64,000 nt of DNA from Candidatus Cloacimonadota bacterium. Lineage in GTDB: Bacteria > Cloacimonadota > Cloacimonadia > JGIOTU-2. Below are positions 57,001 to 64,000 of the stretch, one piece after another. Position 1 is the stretch's first letter. Each line of letters starts with the position of its first letter. The notes beneath the pieces are model-generated. The model had not been told where the DNA came from, searched no databases, and was given only the letters and a program-made list of their open reading frames with translations. A program made the position numbers and the translations under genes. The DNA lies in assembly GCA_023129415.1 (NCBI GenBank), contig JAGMCF010000058.1, positions 22,336 through 86,335 on the forward strand, given 5' to 3'.

Positions 57001-59551
57001 CTAATTTAATTCCATCCCAATTCCCCGGAGCCGGAGTTGTGGCTGATCCATCGTTGTTTGTGTCTCCGCCATAAGCGTCATCTTTTAATGAAGTAAAGAC
57101 CACCGGATCCGTTTCTGTTCCATTTAAATCTAAAGTGCCATATACAGTGAGCCCTTGGTTACTGCCAAATTTAATAATTGTCCCTTCAGCAATTGTTAAA
57201 GTATTATTCGCAGTCACAGTAATCCAATCATGAATAACATAAGGAAAATCTATTAAGTTTGTAAATTCGAAACTTGTATCTATTGTACCTGATAGGGCAA
57301 TGGCATTATAAGTGTTTCCGATACCTGTGTTTCCGGGTAAGGAAGTAATAGTTAGATTATTTAGATATGCTCCATAACCATCGTTATTGTTAAAAGTGTT
57401 GTTTGTAATGGTCGGTGTGCAGTCGCCTGTTATATATAATCCATGATTTCCGTTGTCGGAAAAAGTGTTTTCAGTTATGGTGTCTGAATAGGTATTGCAA
57501 GATACACCATGGTTGTTACTATTCCTGAAGGTGCTGTTATTAATATCAGGTGAACAATGTGTGGTTTTAAGTGCAGAATAATTAGCGTATTCACTAATGC
57601 TGTTAATAAAATGACCTGAGGTTGAATAATTAAAATGCACATTTGTCCGTGCATAACCCAAATATTTACCACCATAGCGGATAAGACACCAATCAAATTC
57701 ACCAATACCCTGGTTGTCAACGCCAGAACCATATAAATTAATTCCATCCCAATCCCCAGGATAAGGAAAAGTAGCTGTACTATCACCGTTGGTATCACCA
57801 CCATATTCATCATCCTTTAATGAAGTGAAAATCACATTATTATCAGAAGTGCCATTTACATCTAAAGTGCCATATACCTTGAGCCCTATACCACTACCAA
57901 ATTTCATAACTGTTCCTTCTGCAATTGTTAAAGTATTATTTGTATTCAAAGTGAGCCAACCACGAATAACATAAGGAAAATCTATTAAGTTTGTAAATAC
58001 GAAGTTTGTGTTTATTGTACCTGATAGGGCAATGGCATTATAAGTGTTTCCAATACCTGTGTTTCCAGGTAAAGAAGTAATAGTTAGATTATTTAGATAT
58101 GCTCCATAACCATCATTATTGTTGAAAGTGTTGTATGTAATGGTCGGTGTGCAGTCGCCTGTTATATATAGTCCATGATCTCCGTTATCAGAAAAAGTGT
58201 TTTGAGTTATGGTGGATGAGTAGGTATTGCAAGATACACCATGGTTGTTACTATTCCTGAAGGTGCTGTTATTAATATCAGGTGAACAATGTGTGGTTTT
58301 AAGTGCAGAATAATTAGCGTATTCACTAATGCTGTTAATAAAATGACCTGAGGTTGAATAATTAAAATGCACATTTGTCCGTGCATTACCCAAATATTTA
58401 CCACCATAGCGAATAAGACACCAATCAAATTCACCTATACCCTGGTTTTCAACGCCAGGACCATATAAATTAATTCCATCCCAATCTCCAGGATAAGGAG
58501 AAGTAGCTGTACTATCACCGTTGGTATCACCACCATATTCATCATCTCTGAATGAAGTGAAAATCACATTATTATCAGAAGTGCCATTTACATCCAATGT
58601 GCCATAAACTTTGAGACCATCCCCACTATCAAATTTCATAACTGTTCCTTCTGCAATCGTTAAAGTATTATTCGTAGTCACAGTGAGCCAACCATGAATA
58701 ACATAAGGAAAACCGATTAAGTTTGTAAATTCAAAACTTGTATCTATTGTGCCGGACAGGGCAATGCCATTATAAGTGTTTCCAATACCTGTGTTTCCAG
58801 GTAACGAAGTAATATTGATATTATTTAGATATGCTCCATAACCATCGTTATTGTTGAAAATGTTGTTGGTGATGGTCGGTGTGCAATCGCCTGTTATATA
58901 TAGTCCATGATCTCCGTTATCAGAAAAAGTGTTTTGAGTTATGGTGGATGAGTAGGTATTGCAAGATACACCATGGTTGTTACTATTCCTGAAGGTGCTG
59001 TTATTAATTTCAGGTGAACAATCTGTGGTTTTAAGAGCAGAATAATAAGAGTATTCACTAATACTGTTAATAAAATGACCTGAGGTTGAATAATTAAAAT
59101 GCACATTTGTCCGTGCATAACCCAAATATTTACCACCATAGCGGATAAGACACCAATCAAATTCACCTATACCCTGGTTGTCAACGCCATAACCATCTAA
59201 TTTAATTCCATCCCAATCTCCAGGATAAGGGTTACCGTCAGACCCTGGGATAATTTCACCATTATTATCGTCGTCTTTAGATGTAAAAATTACATTATTT
59301 CCGTTTGCTCCATTTACATCTAAGGTGCCATATACTTTCAGAGACTTGCCGTGTTGAAATTTTATCACAGAACCCTCTTGAATTGTCAGACTTGAATTAG
59401 TATTAACCCAGATATTATCTGACACATAATAGGTTTCCGCTGTCCATGTCTCTCCAGAAACATCGCCACTCTTTTCAATGTAGGCAAATAAAGGCGAAGT
59501 CACCAGCACAAAGCTGGCTAAAAATATAAGCAAATAGGTCTTTGTCTTCAT
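51077..59551 (-). CDS. giant secreted adhesin-like protein (2824 aa): six ~244-aa beta-helix-type modules, PKD, LamG-like domain, 10 tandem PKD domains, T9SS/FlgD-Ig-like CTD
   Basis: Signal peptide. The motif GIGEFDWCLIRYGGKYLG...NSTFRNSNNHGVSCNTY...DNGDHGLYITGDCTPTITNN is repeated six times. LQFDGTDDYVYLDD...LVDEVRVWN is LamG-like. There are 11 PKD units (PLTVNFTDQS..WKWYFGD...YTVSLTVTD). The CTD reads ITIYDVSNQ..WDGKNASGKDIANGTYFYVV..FSILR. Confidence 0.85.
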   Translation of the reverse strand: MKTKTYLLIFLASFVLVTSPLFAYIEKSGDVSGETWTAETYYVSDNIWVNTNSSLTIQEGSVIKFQHGKSLKVYGTLDVNGANGNNVIFTSKDDDNNGEIIPGSDGNPYPGDWDGIKLDGYGVDNQGIGEFDWCLIRYGGKYLGYARTNVHFNYSTSGHFINSISEYSYYSALKTTDCSPEINNSTFRNSNNHGVSCNTYSSTITQNTFSDNGDHGLYITGDCTPTITNNIFNNNDGYGAYLNNINITSLPGNTGIGNTYNGIALSGTIDTSFEFTNLIGFPYVIHGWLTVTTNNTLTIAEGTVMKFDSGDGLKVYGTLDVNGTSDNNVIFTSFRDDEYGGDTNGDSTATSPYPGDWDGINLYGPGVENQGIGEFDWCLIRYGGKYLGNARTNVHFNYSTSGHFINSISEYANYSALKTTHCSPDINNSTFRNSNNHGVSCNTYSSTITQNTFSDNGDHGLYITGDCTPTITYNTFNNNDGYGAYLNNLTITSLPGNTGIGNTYNAIALSGTINTNFVFTNLIDFPYVIRGWLTLNTNNTLTIAEGTVMKFGSGIGLKVYGTLDVNGTSDNNVIFTSLKDDEYGGDTNGDSTATFPYPGDWDGINLYGSGVDNQGIGEFDWCLIRYGGKYLGYARTNVHFNYSTSGHFINSISEYANYSALKTTHCSPDINNSTFRNSNNHGVSCNTYSDTITENTFSDNGNHGLYITGDCTPTITNNTFNNNDGYGAYLNNLTITSLPGNTGIGNTYNAIALSGTIDTSFEFTNLIDFPYVIHDWITVTANNTLTIAEGTIIKFGSNQGLTVYGTLDLNGTETDPVVFTSLKDDAYGGDTNNDGSATTPAPGNWDGIKLDGYGVVNQGIGEFDWCLIRYGGKYLGYARTNVHFNYSTSGHFINSISEYANYSALKTTLCSPDINNSTFRNSNSQGIYCNTYSDTITQNTFSDNGDDGLYITGDCTPTITYNTFNNNDGYGVYLNNLHLTSLPGNTGIGNTYNAIALSGTIDTSFEFTNLIDFPYVIHDWITVTANNTLTIAEGTIIKFGSNQGLTVYGTLDLNGTETDPVVFTSLKDDTHGGDTNNDGSATTPAPGNWDGITLDGYHVDNQGIGEFDWCLIRYGGKYLGYARTNVHFNYSNSGHFINSISEYANYSALKTTHCSPDINNSTFRNSNSQGIYCNTYSDTITQNTFSDNGDDGLYITGDCTPTITYNTFNNNDGYGVYLNNLHLTSLPGNTGIGNTYNAIALSGTINTSFVFTNLIDFPYVIHDWITVTANNTLTIAEGTVMKFGSNQGLTVYGTLDVNGTSGNNVVFTSLKDDTHGGDTNNDGSATTPAPGNWDGIKLDGYGVDNQGIGEFDWCLIRYGGKYLGYARTNVHFNYSTSGHFINSISEYSHDPALKTTDCSPDINNSTFRNSSEGIYCNNSSPIIRGSFIENNADAGIYLTGSNSIPDLGANDPADKGLNTIQNNDDGNFQVYNNTANTINAFYNIWEYTIADSIDAHIYDDDENPAKGEVLFEPWLADVLVAEFSASPTSGNAPLSVNFTDQSIQGTVSIIEWQWDFQNDGTIDSSVQNPTHIYDNPGTYTVSLTVTDENDSTDTEIKTDYITVLGEETSRALQFDGTDDYVYLDDPITGNNPTFDDGFSERTVELWYKATIVEDTQMLYEEGGPINGLNIYIRDSQIWVGAWSETNGFDGIWLSTSTTPDEWHHVSCVFDNQDTHLFKMYYDGNFILDSPISVDISEHINDDAIGAMINHTKLDTGDELGDGFYFSGLVDEVRVWNITRTQAEIQTNMQTYLIGTEDSLVAYYRMNEGIGQTAFDLSGNGNDGQLGSTPNTDVNDPTWIATDWPYVIPLHANFSATPVSGNAPLTVNFTDQSSQGTGAIVEWKWYFGDSDSSSVQNPTHIYDNPGIYTVSLIVTDEHDSTDTEIKTDYITVISITNPTADFVADTTSGYAPLTVNFTDQSTQGTGAIIEWKWYFGDSDSSSVQNPTHIYDNPGIYTVSLTVTDENDSTDTEIKTDYITVISITNPTANFVADTTSGYAPLTVNFTDQSTQGTGIIVEWKWYFGDGDSSSVQNPTHIYDNPGIYTVSLTVTDEYDSTDTEIKTDYITVISTANPTANFVADTTSGYAPLTVNFTDQSIQGTGAIIEWKWYFGDSDSSSVQSPTHIYQSPGTYTVSLTVTDENDSTDTEIKTDYITVISTTNPTANFVADTTSGYAPLTVNFTDQSIQGTGAIIEWKWYFGDSDSSSVQSPTHIYQSPGTYTVSLTVTDENDSTDTEIKIDYITVDPIPPTANFVADTTSGYAPLTVNFTDQSTQGTGAIIEWKWYFGDGDSSSVQNPTYIYQIPGTYTVSLTVIDEYNSTDTEIKTDYITVISTTNPTANFIAIPTLGNSPLIVNFTDLSIPGTVSIIEWQWDFQNDGTIDSYDQNPTYIYQNPGTYTVSLIVTDEHDSTDTETKIDYITIDPITPTANFVADTTSGYAPLTVNFTDQSTQGTSAIIEWKWYFGDEDSSSVQNPIHIFQNPGIYIVSLTVTDEYDSTDTEIKTDYITVISTTNPTANFVADTTSGYAPLTVNFTDQSIQGIGAIIEWKWYFGDEDSSSVQNPIHIYQSPGTYTVSLTVTDENDSTDTEIKTDYITVISTTNPTADFVATPTSGNAPLTVNFTDLSIPGTVSIIEWQWDFQNDGTIDSYDQNPTYIYQNPGAHTVSLIVTDENDSTDTETKMDYITVSSYEIENCFYPNPYNPESVDDGTFHYTPKTSGNYTITIYDVSNQIVIELNCGSQTANEIFEINWDGKNASGKDIANGTYFYVVKSDSNENYINKFSILR
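51378..54003 (-). repeat. about 264-bp tandem coding repeat x10 (PKD domains)
   Basis: The motif ...gtaaaattaactgttaatggagcatatccagatgttgt... recurs periodically, and the translated units are 85-100% identical. Confidence 0.9.
55200..59330 (-). repeat. 732-bp tandem coding repeat, about 5.6 units (beta-helix-type modules)
   Basis: Shadow ORFs at 58939, 58207, 57475, 56743 and 56011 are spaced exactly 732 nt apart, with near-identical sequence. Confidence 0.9.
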
Positions 59552-59567
59552 AGTTTACTCCTTTTTT

Positions 59568-59650
59568 TAGCCACTAAGAACACCCCGATACAGTTTACCC
59601 CGTTGGATTTTTTTTATCCAACTGGGGTCATACTTCCTTACGGGGCAAGC
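59568..59650 (-). repeat. copy of the 49-nt iorB-upstream module with a 33-nt nested hairpin (59595-59627), upstream of the giant gene
   Basis: The reverse complement reads gcttgccccgtaaggaagtatga[ccccagttggataaaaaaaatccaacggggtaa]actgtatcggggtgttcttagtggcta. Confidence 0.8.
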
Positions 59651-59848
59651 GAAGTAACACTAATTATTTCCTTAGTTAATCTTCGTGATCTTTGTGGCAA
59701 TTTTATCTCCTTTGTTTTCAAGTTTTTCATTCAGTTTTTTTCTTTAGTCTTTTTCTTTTATTAATAGCTTTGTTTTGGTTAAATCTTTACTTATTTATTA
59801 AAGTTTCCATTAATCTTTCATCATTTAAAATTTCATTTCACGGGATCA

Positions 59849-61120
59849 TTAAAGAGAAAGAACGCAACGGAACCCGATGAAGCTGCTACTGTCGCTTGGA
59901 TAGTAGCTGTAGCGATACCATGATAGTAGGTAGGAGGTGCTGACATACCAACTACCACCGCGTACAACACGGTAGGAAGATATATCACTCCAGAAACTAT
60001 CAGTCCAATCATATACATTTCCAGCCATATCATAGGCACCAAAGGGAGAAGGACTGTCTGTGGTCTGAAAACCCTGATAAATCTGACCATTGTAAAAACC
60101 AACCGGGGTTGTGCCATTATCAAATGGGTCTCCACTATATCTATAATTTGCTCTGCTTGCATCTATATTATCTCCCCACGGGTAATCCCAACCTGTATTT
60201 CCGCGGGCTGCTTTTTCCCATTCATGTTCTGTTGGCAGCCTAAGTCCATAATGTTCCGCAAGTGACCAGGCACCAAACCAGCTTACATATACAACAGGGT
60301 GGTCATCAAAATCACCAGGATTATATCCAGATGGGACATTTATAATAAATGAGTTTCCATCCCAGGAAATTTTGGCATAATTATCATCAGAAGGTGTTCC
60401 TAACTCGTAATAATCGTAGTATCCAGCACTCCATTGTGAATCACCTTCATAATATCCAACAACAAAATCTCCATCAATCCAAATATCACCTGCTGTCAAT
60501 GCTTGCTCTAAGTATGTTACATATTGAACATTTGTTACTTCGTATTTCATGATCTGGTAATCATAATCTATTGTCTTAATTGTATCTCCTTCTCCGTATG
60601 TATATTCACCTGTTGAGACATTGCACCATTCAAAATCATCTATATCAGGCACCAAATCCATCTCTATTTCAACTATTATTGTTTGATCAGGATCTAAATA
60701 AATATCACAATGACCTTCCCAATTATCTCCATTAATTAATGCTGTAACGGTTAAATCTAATTGTTTTTCAACAGGTATTTCTACTACCTCAACGGCTCTA
60801 TATATAGAATCAGAAGGATTGTATATTATTGTTAAATCCTTTTCAATATTATCAATATCATCTCCTTCTATTACTATATGTGCAGGAAATTCATCGGGCC
60901 AATTTGTTTTAGTTTTATTTGTAACAAATTTTATTTCAATGCTTCCTAATGCTTTGAATTTCAATATTCCTTGTTTATCACAACCAAGTATTAATAAAAT
61001 TATTACAAATAAAATTATGCTTAATTTTTTCCCCGATAGTAATCCCCGAATTAAACGGGGCAGGCGGGATTTCCCCGACAAATCGGGATTAAACACAGTT
61101 TTTAACACTTCGTTCAACAT
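59849..61120 (-). CDS. SUMF1/formylglycine-generating-enzyme-fold family lipoprotein
   Basis: Lipobox LILGC. Motifs: YEVTNVQYVTYL, HPVVYVSWFGAWSLAEHYGLRLPTEHEWEKAARG, GNVYDWT, RVVRGGSW and GFRCV. The exact start is uncertain because hairpin repeats occupy the first ~30 codons. Confidence 0.75.
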   Translation of the reverse strand: MLNEVLKTVFNPDLSGKSRLPRLIRGLLSGKKLSIILFVIILLILGCDKQGILKFKALGSIEIKFVTNKTKTNWPDEFPAHIVIEGDDIDNIEKDLTIIYNPSDSIYRAVEVVEIPVEKQLDLTVTALINGDNWEGHCDIYLDPDQTIIVEIEMDLVPDIDDFEWCNVSTGEYTYGEGDTIKTIDYDYQIMKYEVTNVQYVTYLEQALTAGDIWIDGDFVVGYYEGDSQWSAGYYDYYELGTPSDDNYAKISWDGNSFIINVPSGYNPGDFDDHPVVYVSWFGAWSLAEHYGLRLPTEHEWEKAARGNTGWDYPWGDNIDASRANYRYSGDPFDNGTTPVGFYNGQIYQGFQTTDSPSPFGAYDMAGNVYDWTDSFWSDISSYRVVRGGSWYVSTSYLLSWYRYSYYPSDSSSFIGFRCVLSL

Positions 61121-61180
61121 GATTATCTCCTTCTTTTATTACTCGTTCCTCCCGATATATCGGGATTTGGAAACGGGATT

Positions 61181-62218
61181 CTAAAAGTCAAAACTTGTTT
61201 CGATCTTAAAAGAGATAGTAATTTCTCTATCACCTTCAGTATTCTCTTCATTCCTTTTTGTATAAATAGGTAACTTTGCCATTAATATCATATCCATTTT
61301 CGGTAATTGATAAGAAATCGTAGGAATAAAATCTACTAATGTCATATCTTGTTTATTAGATACACCCTTTTCTTCTTCATCAGGAATTCCCCAACTATAA
61401 GAATGTTTAATGTCGGATGAACCTTCGCCAGTATTTGTGTAAACCACAACACCGCCTATAGTCAATCTTCTTGCAAGATAATAATCTAACATTCCACTTA
61501 AAATAATCATATTACCATTTTTTATTTCATATTTAACTGTCTCTATACTATCCGGATTATCAAAATATTCAATTTCTGCAATTTTTTTACTGATTCCATT
61601 CTGTTTGAAAATAACATTCCAGGATATATAGGCATTTTTAAATCTTCTTGCAGTCATTAATTTGATAGCAAAATCTGTTGAACCTGTACCTAATGGTACG
61701 AGATAACCATCAACCATATTTTCATCATCGCCTGTTGGCAATTTCATAAAAAGACTAAAATCATAAGTATTTTTGAGGGTTCTTTTGCTAAGTCCGAGAT
61801 TGAAAGAAACATCTCCTAAACCTGAACTCTTCTTTGTCGTTACGACATAACTCATTTGTCTTTTGTAGATATAAGGAATTGAAACACCTAAATTCAGATT
61901 TTTGTAGGAGTAACTCAGAGGTAATTTGATGTTTTTTGTTGGACCGGTTACAACCATTTCAACACCAACTTTAATGATAGATGCTTTTTGGATTTCAGCT
62001 TCCGTATCTTCTGCAGACTCAGGAGTAATAATATCATCAACAAATGGGTCGGTGATGATAAGTTCTGTGCTCTCAATAACGCTTTCAACACCTTCCGGAG
62101 TGAGTGTAATTTGAATTCCTTGTTGAGCAAAAATGGGTGTAACAGACAGTAAGAACAAAACTACACATAAAATAAACTTTTTCCACGAATGATTGGTGTC
62201 TAAAATTTGTTTCAGCAT
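61181..62218 (-). CDS. putative outer-membrane beta-barrel protein (possibly MetA-pathway/transporter-type OMP)
   Basis: Signal peptide ...PIFAQQ, alternating beta-strand pattern, KLPTGDDEN...PLGTGSTDF motif, and a C-terminal ...ETSFDF. Confidence 0.45.
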   Translation of the reverse strand: MLKQILDTNHSWKKFILCVVLFLLSVTPIFAQQGIQITLTPEGVESVIESTELIITDPFVDDIITPESAEDTEAEIQKASIIKVGVEMVVTGPTKNIKLPLSYSYKNLNLGVSIPYIYKRQMSYVVTTKKSSGLGDVSFNLGLSKRTLKNTYDFSLFMKLPTGDDENMVDGYLVPLGTGSTDFAIKLMTARRFKNAYISWNVIFKQNGISKKIAEIEYFDNPDSIETVKYEIKNGNMIILSGMLDYYLARRLTIGGVVVYTNTGEGSSDIKHSYSWGIPDEEEKGVSNKQDMTLVDFIPTISYQLPKMDMILMAKLPIYTKRNEENTEGDREITISFKIETSFDF

Positions 62219-62556
62219 TTCTCCTCCAAATAAATTATTTTTAATAATTTAGTTTACTTAAAATTAATACATTGTTGTCAAGAAAATTTATTTTTTATTA
62301 ATATATATCTTCTCGAAATACTATTATTAGATTTTTAACAATTAATCAGGAATGGCTAAAGACAAAGCTAATGGTATAAAGATATAATCAATTCAATCAT
62401 AAAATATATATTGTATTATCTTATAATAAATGACATCTAATTTCTTACTCAAATATTAAAAAGATTTCAAAATAAATTGAATAATTCTTGACAACCCTTT
62501 TGATTTTTTTTATTTTACAACTTGTCTTTTAATATTAAAAATGAAAGGAGCAAACC

Positions 62557-63105
62557 ATGAGAAAGACAATAAGTGCAATTATTATAATAAGTATAATTGC
62601 ATTCGTATTTGGTTGTGCATCAACAGGCAAACCAGGTGGTCCAAAAAAAGTATGGTATCCTGATTGGTATGGCTTACAATCAGAAGCAGGTGATTATGTA
62701 TATGCCTATGGAGAAGCACAAAAAACTAATCAGACTATGGCATTTGAATCTGCAAAAGCTGCTGCTTATAATGAAGCAGCTCAATATGTAGAAAGTTATG
62801 TAAAAGCAATGACCAAGGATTTCATAAGAGAATCTGGTGTTGAAAATCCACAAGTTCTTGAATTAACAGAAAGAACTGTAAAATTGGTCTCAAAAACTAA
62901 GTTCTCTGGAGTTACAGTATCAAAAAGAGAAACAGTCCAGGAAGAGGGTAAATTTAGATCATTCGTCAGATTAAGTATTCCCGGTAAAGAAGTAAAGAAC
63001 ACACTGCTCAATACTATTAAAAATGAGGAAGCCTTATACAATGAATTTAAGGCAACACAATCGTTTAATGAGCTTGAAAAAGAAATGGGAAAATTTAACG
63101 AATAA
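62557..63105 (+). CDS. LPP20-like lipoprotein
   Basis: Lipobox FVFGC, then PDWYGL....YVYAYGEAQKTNQTMAFESAKAAAYNEAAQYVESYV, which is an LPP20/FlgP-type pattern. Confidence 0.55.
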   Translation: MRKTISAIIIISIIAFVFGCASTGKPGGPKKVWYPDWYGLQSEAGDYVYAYGEAQKTNQTMAFESAKAAAYNEAAQYVESYVKAMTKDFIRESGVENPQVLELTERTVKLVSKTKFSGVTVSKRETVQEEGKFRSFVRLSIPGKEVKNTLLNTIKNEEALYNEFKATQSFNELEKEMGKFNE

Positions 63106-63325
63106 GAAGTTGGGGTAGTAGATAAATATATTTTGAATATTGATTCTTGTTCACCCTCTTCAAGGGAGAATATCTTTAAATTAAAGAATGCAGGTAAAGT
63201 CTTTGTGATTTTGCCTGCTTATTCTTTTATTCTCTTTAAAAACAAAAAACATATTCTCACTTTTGTAATATAAATTAGCTCATATTTATTCACAACATCT
63301 TTTTAAAAAATATTGGGAGTATATA

Positions 63326-64000
63326 GTGAAAAAAATAGACATATTTTTATGTCCTCTACTTATTATTATGGTTCAATGCTCCCAGAGCAATAAATACCAG
63401 GAATTGCATTCTATTGTAGAAGTTGACAATCAAATAACTGATGAGTTTTCAACATCCCAATTAAATCTAGATGATACTTACTTTCCTAAATGGTTTTTAC
63501 AAATGCCTTATGGACAAGATGTATATTTTGCAATAGGTGCTGCTCAATATACAAAAATGGATACTCTTTATAAACATTCTGCCAAAGAGATGGCAACTGT
63601 AACTATCTCCAGATTGATAGCATCGTATGTAGTAAAAAAACAAGGCAAATCAAGATATGATGATGATGTTGATTATCGAGAACAAAATATTGGCTTTGCA
63701 GTTTGTGTGTCTGCTTATCCAGATACAATGAAGTATATTTATAACAATATCTCCTTACTCCACAGCTTCAGTTTTGATAATCATTTTCATGGTTTATATT
63801 GCTGGCCCCAAGGTTCAATTGATATTGATTCTACAAAAATTAATTTTGATAACACAATACCGAATTGGTATAAAGATATTGATGAATTTAATGAAACTTA
63901 CTATATTGCATATGGAAAAGGAAGAGCATTAAATCCTGCAGATGCCTGGCTAAATGCTCGGGATAATGCTATGTATAGATTATCACAAATATCAGAAATA
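63326..64000 (+). CDS. lipoprotein with two LPP20-like segments; the 3' end lies outside the window
   Basis: GTG start after GGGAG, lipobox IMVQC, and a frame open to the window end. Segments: PKWFLQMP...YFAIGAAQ...HSAKEMATVTISRLIA and PNWYKD...YIAYGKGRALNPADAWLNARDNAMYRLSQ. It is not in the ORF track because no stop lies in the window. Confidence 0.45.
   Translation, partial: MKKIDIFLCPLLIIMVQCSQSNKYQELHSIVEVDNQITDEFSTSQLNLDDTYFPKWFLQMPYGQDVYFAIGAAQYTKMDTLYKHSAKEMATVTISRLIASYVVKKQGKSRYDDDVDYREQNIGFAVCVSAYPDTMKYIYNNISLLHSFSFDNHFHGLYCWPQGSIDIDSTKINFDNTIPNWYKDIDEFNETYYIAYGKGRALNPADAWLNARDNAMYRLSQISEI

Noticed and set aside
55237-59166. A series of ~75-aa minus-strand ORFs (MNLIGVLSAMVVNIW...) spaced 732 nt apart, plus other small ORFs inside the giant gene
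   Set aside because: These are alternative-frame shadows of the 732-bp coding repeat. The long frame has clear domain content.
59692-60162. ORFs 59692-59880 (+) and 59833-60162 (-)
   Set aside because: The first lies in the repeat-rich spacer with low-complexity Phe/Leu content. The second is an alternative frame of the FGE-fold gene.

Overview
AT-rich (roughly one-third GC by eye) bacterial chromosomal window with about 48 protein-coding genes. I saw no rRNA, tRNA or CRISPR array. The gene content fits an anaerobic fermenter with pyruvate- and indolepyruvate:ferredoxin oxidoreductases and a type IX secretion (T9SS)-style cell surface. That suggests an FCB-group lineage such as Cloacimonadota, which is inference only. 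Region 0-24 kb is mostly housekeeping: two P-loop ATPases (one with a long TPR array) coupled to cca, a GAF protein, porGDAB, a YibQ-like deacetylase, uppP, scpB, holA, era, a deoxynucleoside kinase, iorAB and tilS-hpt-ftsH-hslVU. Region 24-37.5 kb is an accessory/repair patchwork: an alkyltransferase-like (ATL) protein plus an AlkA-like glycosylase, a PHP phosphatase, a Cys-rich membrane protein, a GIY-YIG nuclease, DUF3795, lipoproteins, a truncated chimeric uvrA copy, an AAA/DUF4143 ATPase, intact uvrA and another ATPase. Region 37.5-64 kb is an envelope island. It holds T9SS-CTD proteins, including a 2824-aa adhesin-like giant with six 732-bp modules, a LamG domain and 11 PKD domains. It also holds a PorV/PorQ-like protein, a SUMF1/FGE-fold lipoprotein, beta-barrels, SppA, YjbQ and at least four LPP20-like lipoproteins. 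The most unusual signal is non-coding. Nearly every spacer longer than 100 bp, including spacers inside normally compact operons (porG|porD, iorA|iorB, scpB|holA), is built from a modular set of hairpin, inverted-repeat and short-period tandem elements. These elements nest into each other, and one family ends exactly at the start codon of unrelated genes. Structural rearrangements are also visible: a uvrA 5' duplication flanking an ATPase gene, a 44-bp direct repeat 4 kb apart bounding an accessory islet, and a duplicated 160-bp 5'UTR plus signal-peptide cassette next to decayed livF-like remnants. All family assignments come from motif recognition by eye and need HMM or structure confirmation.
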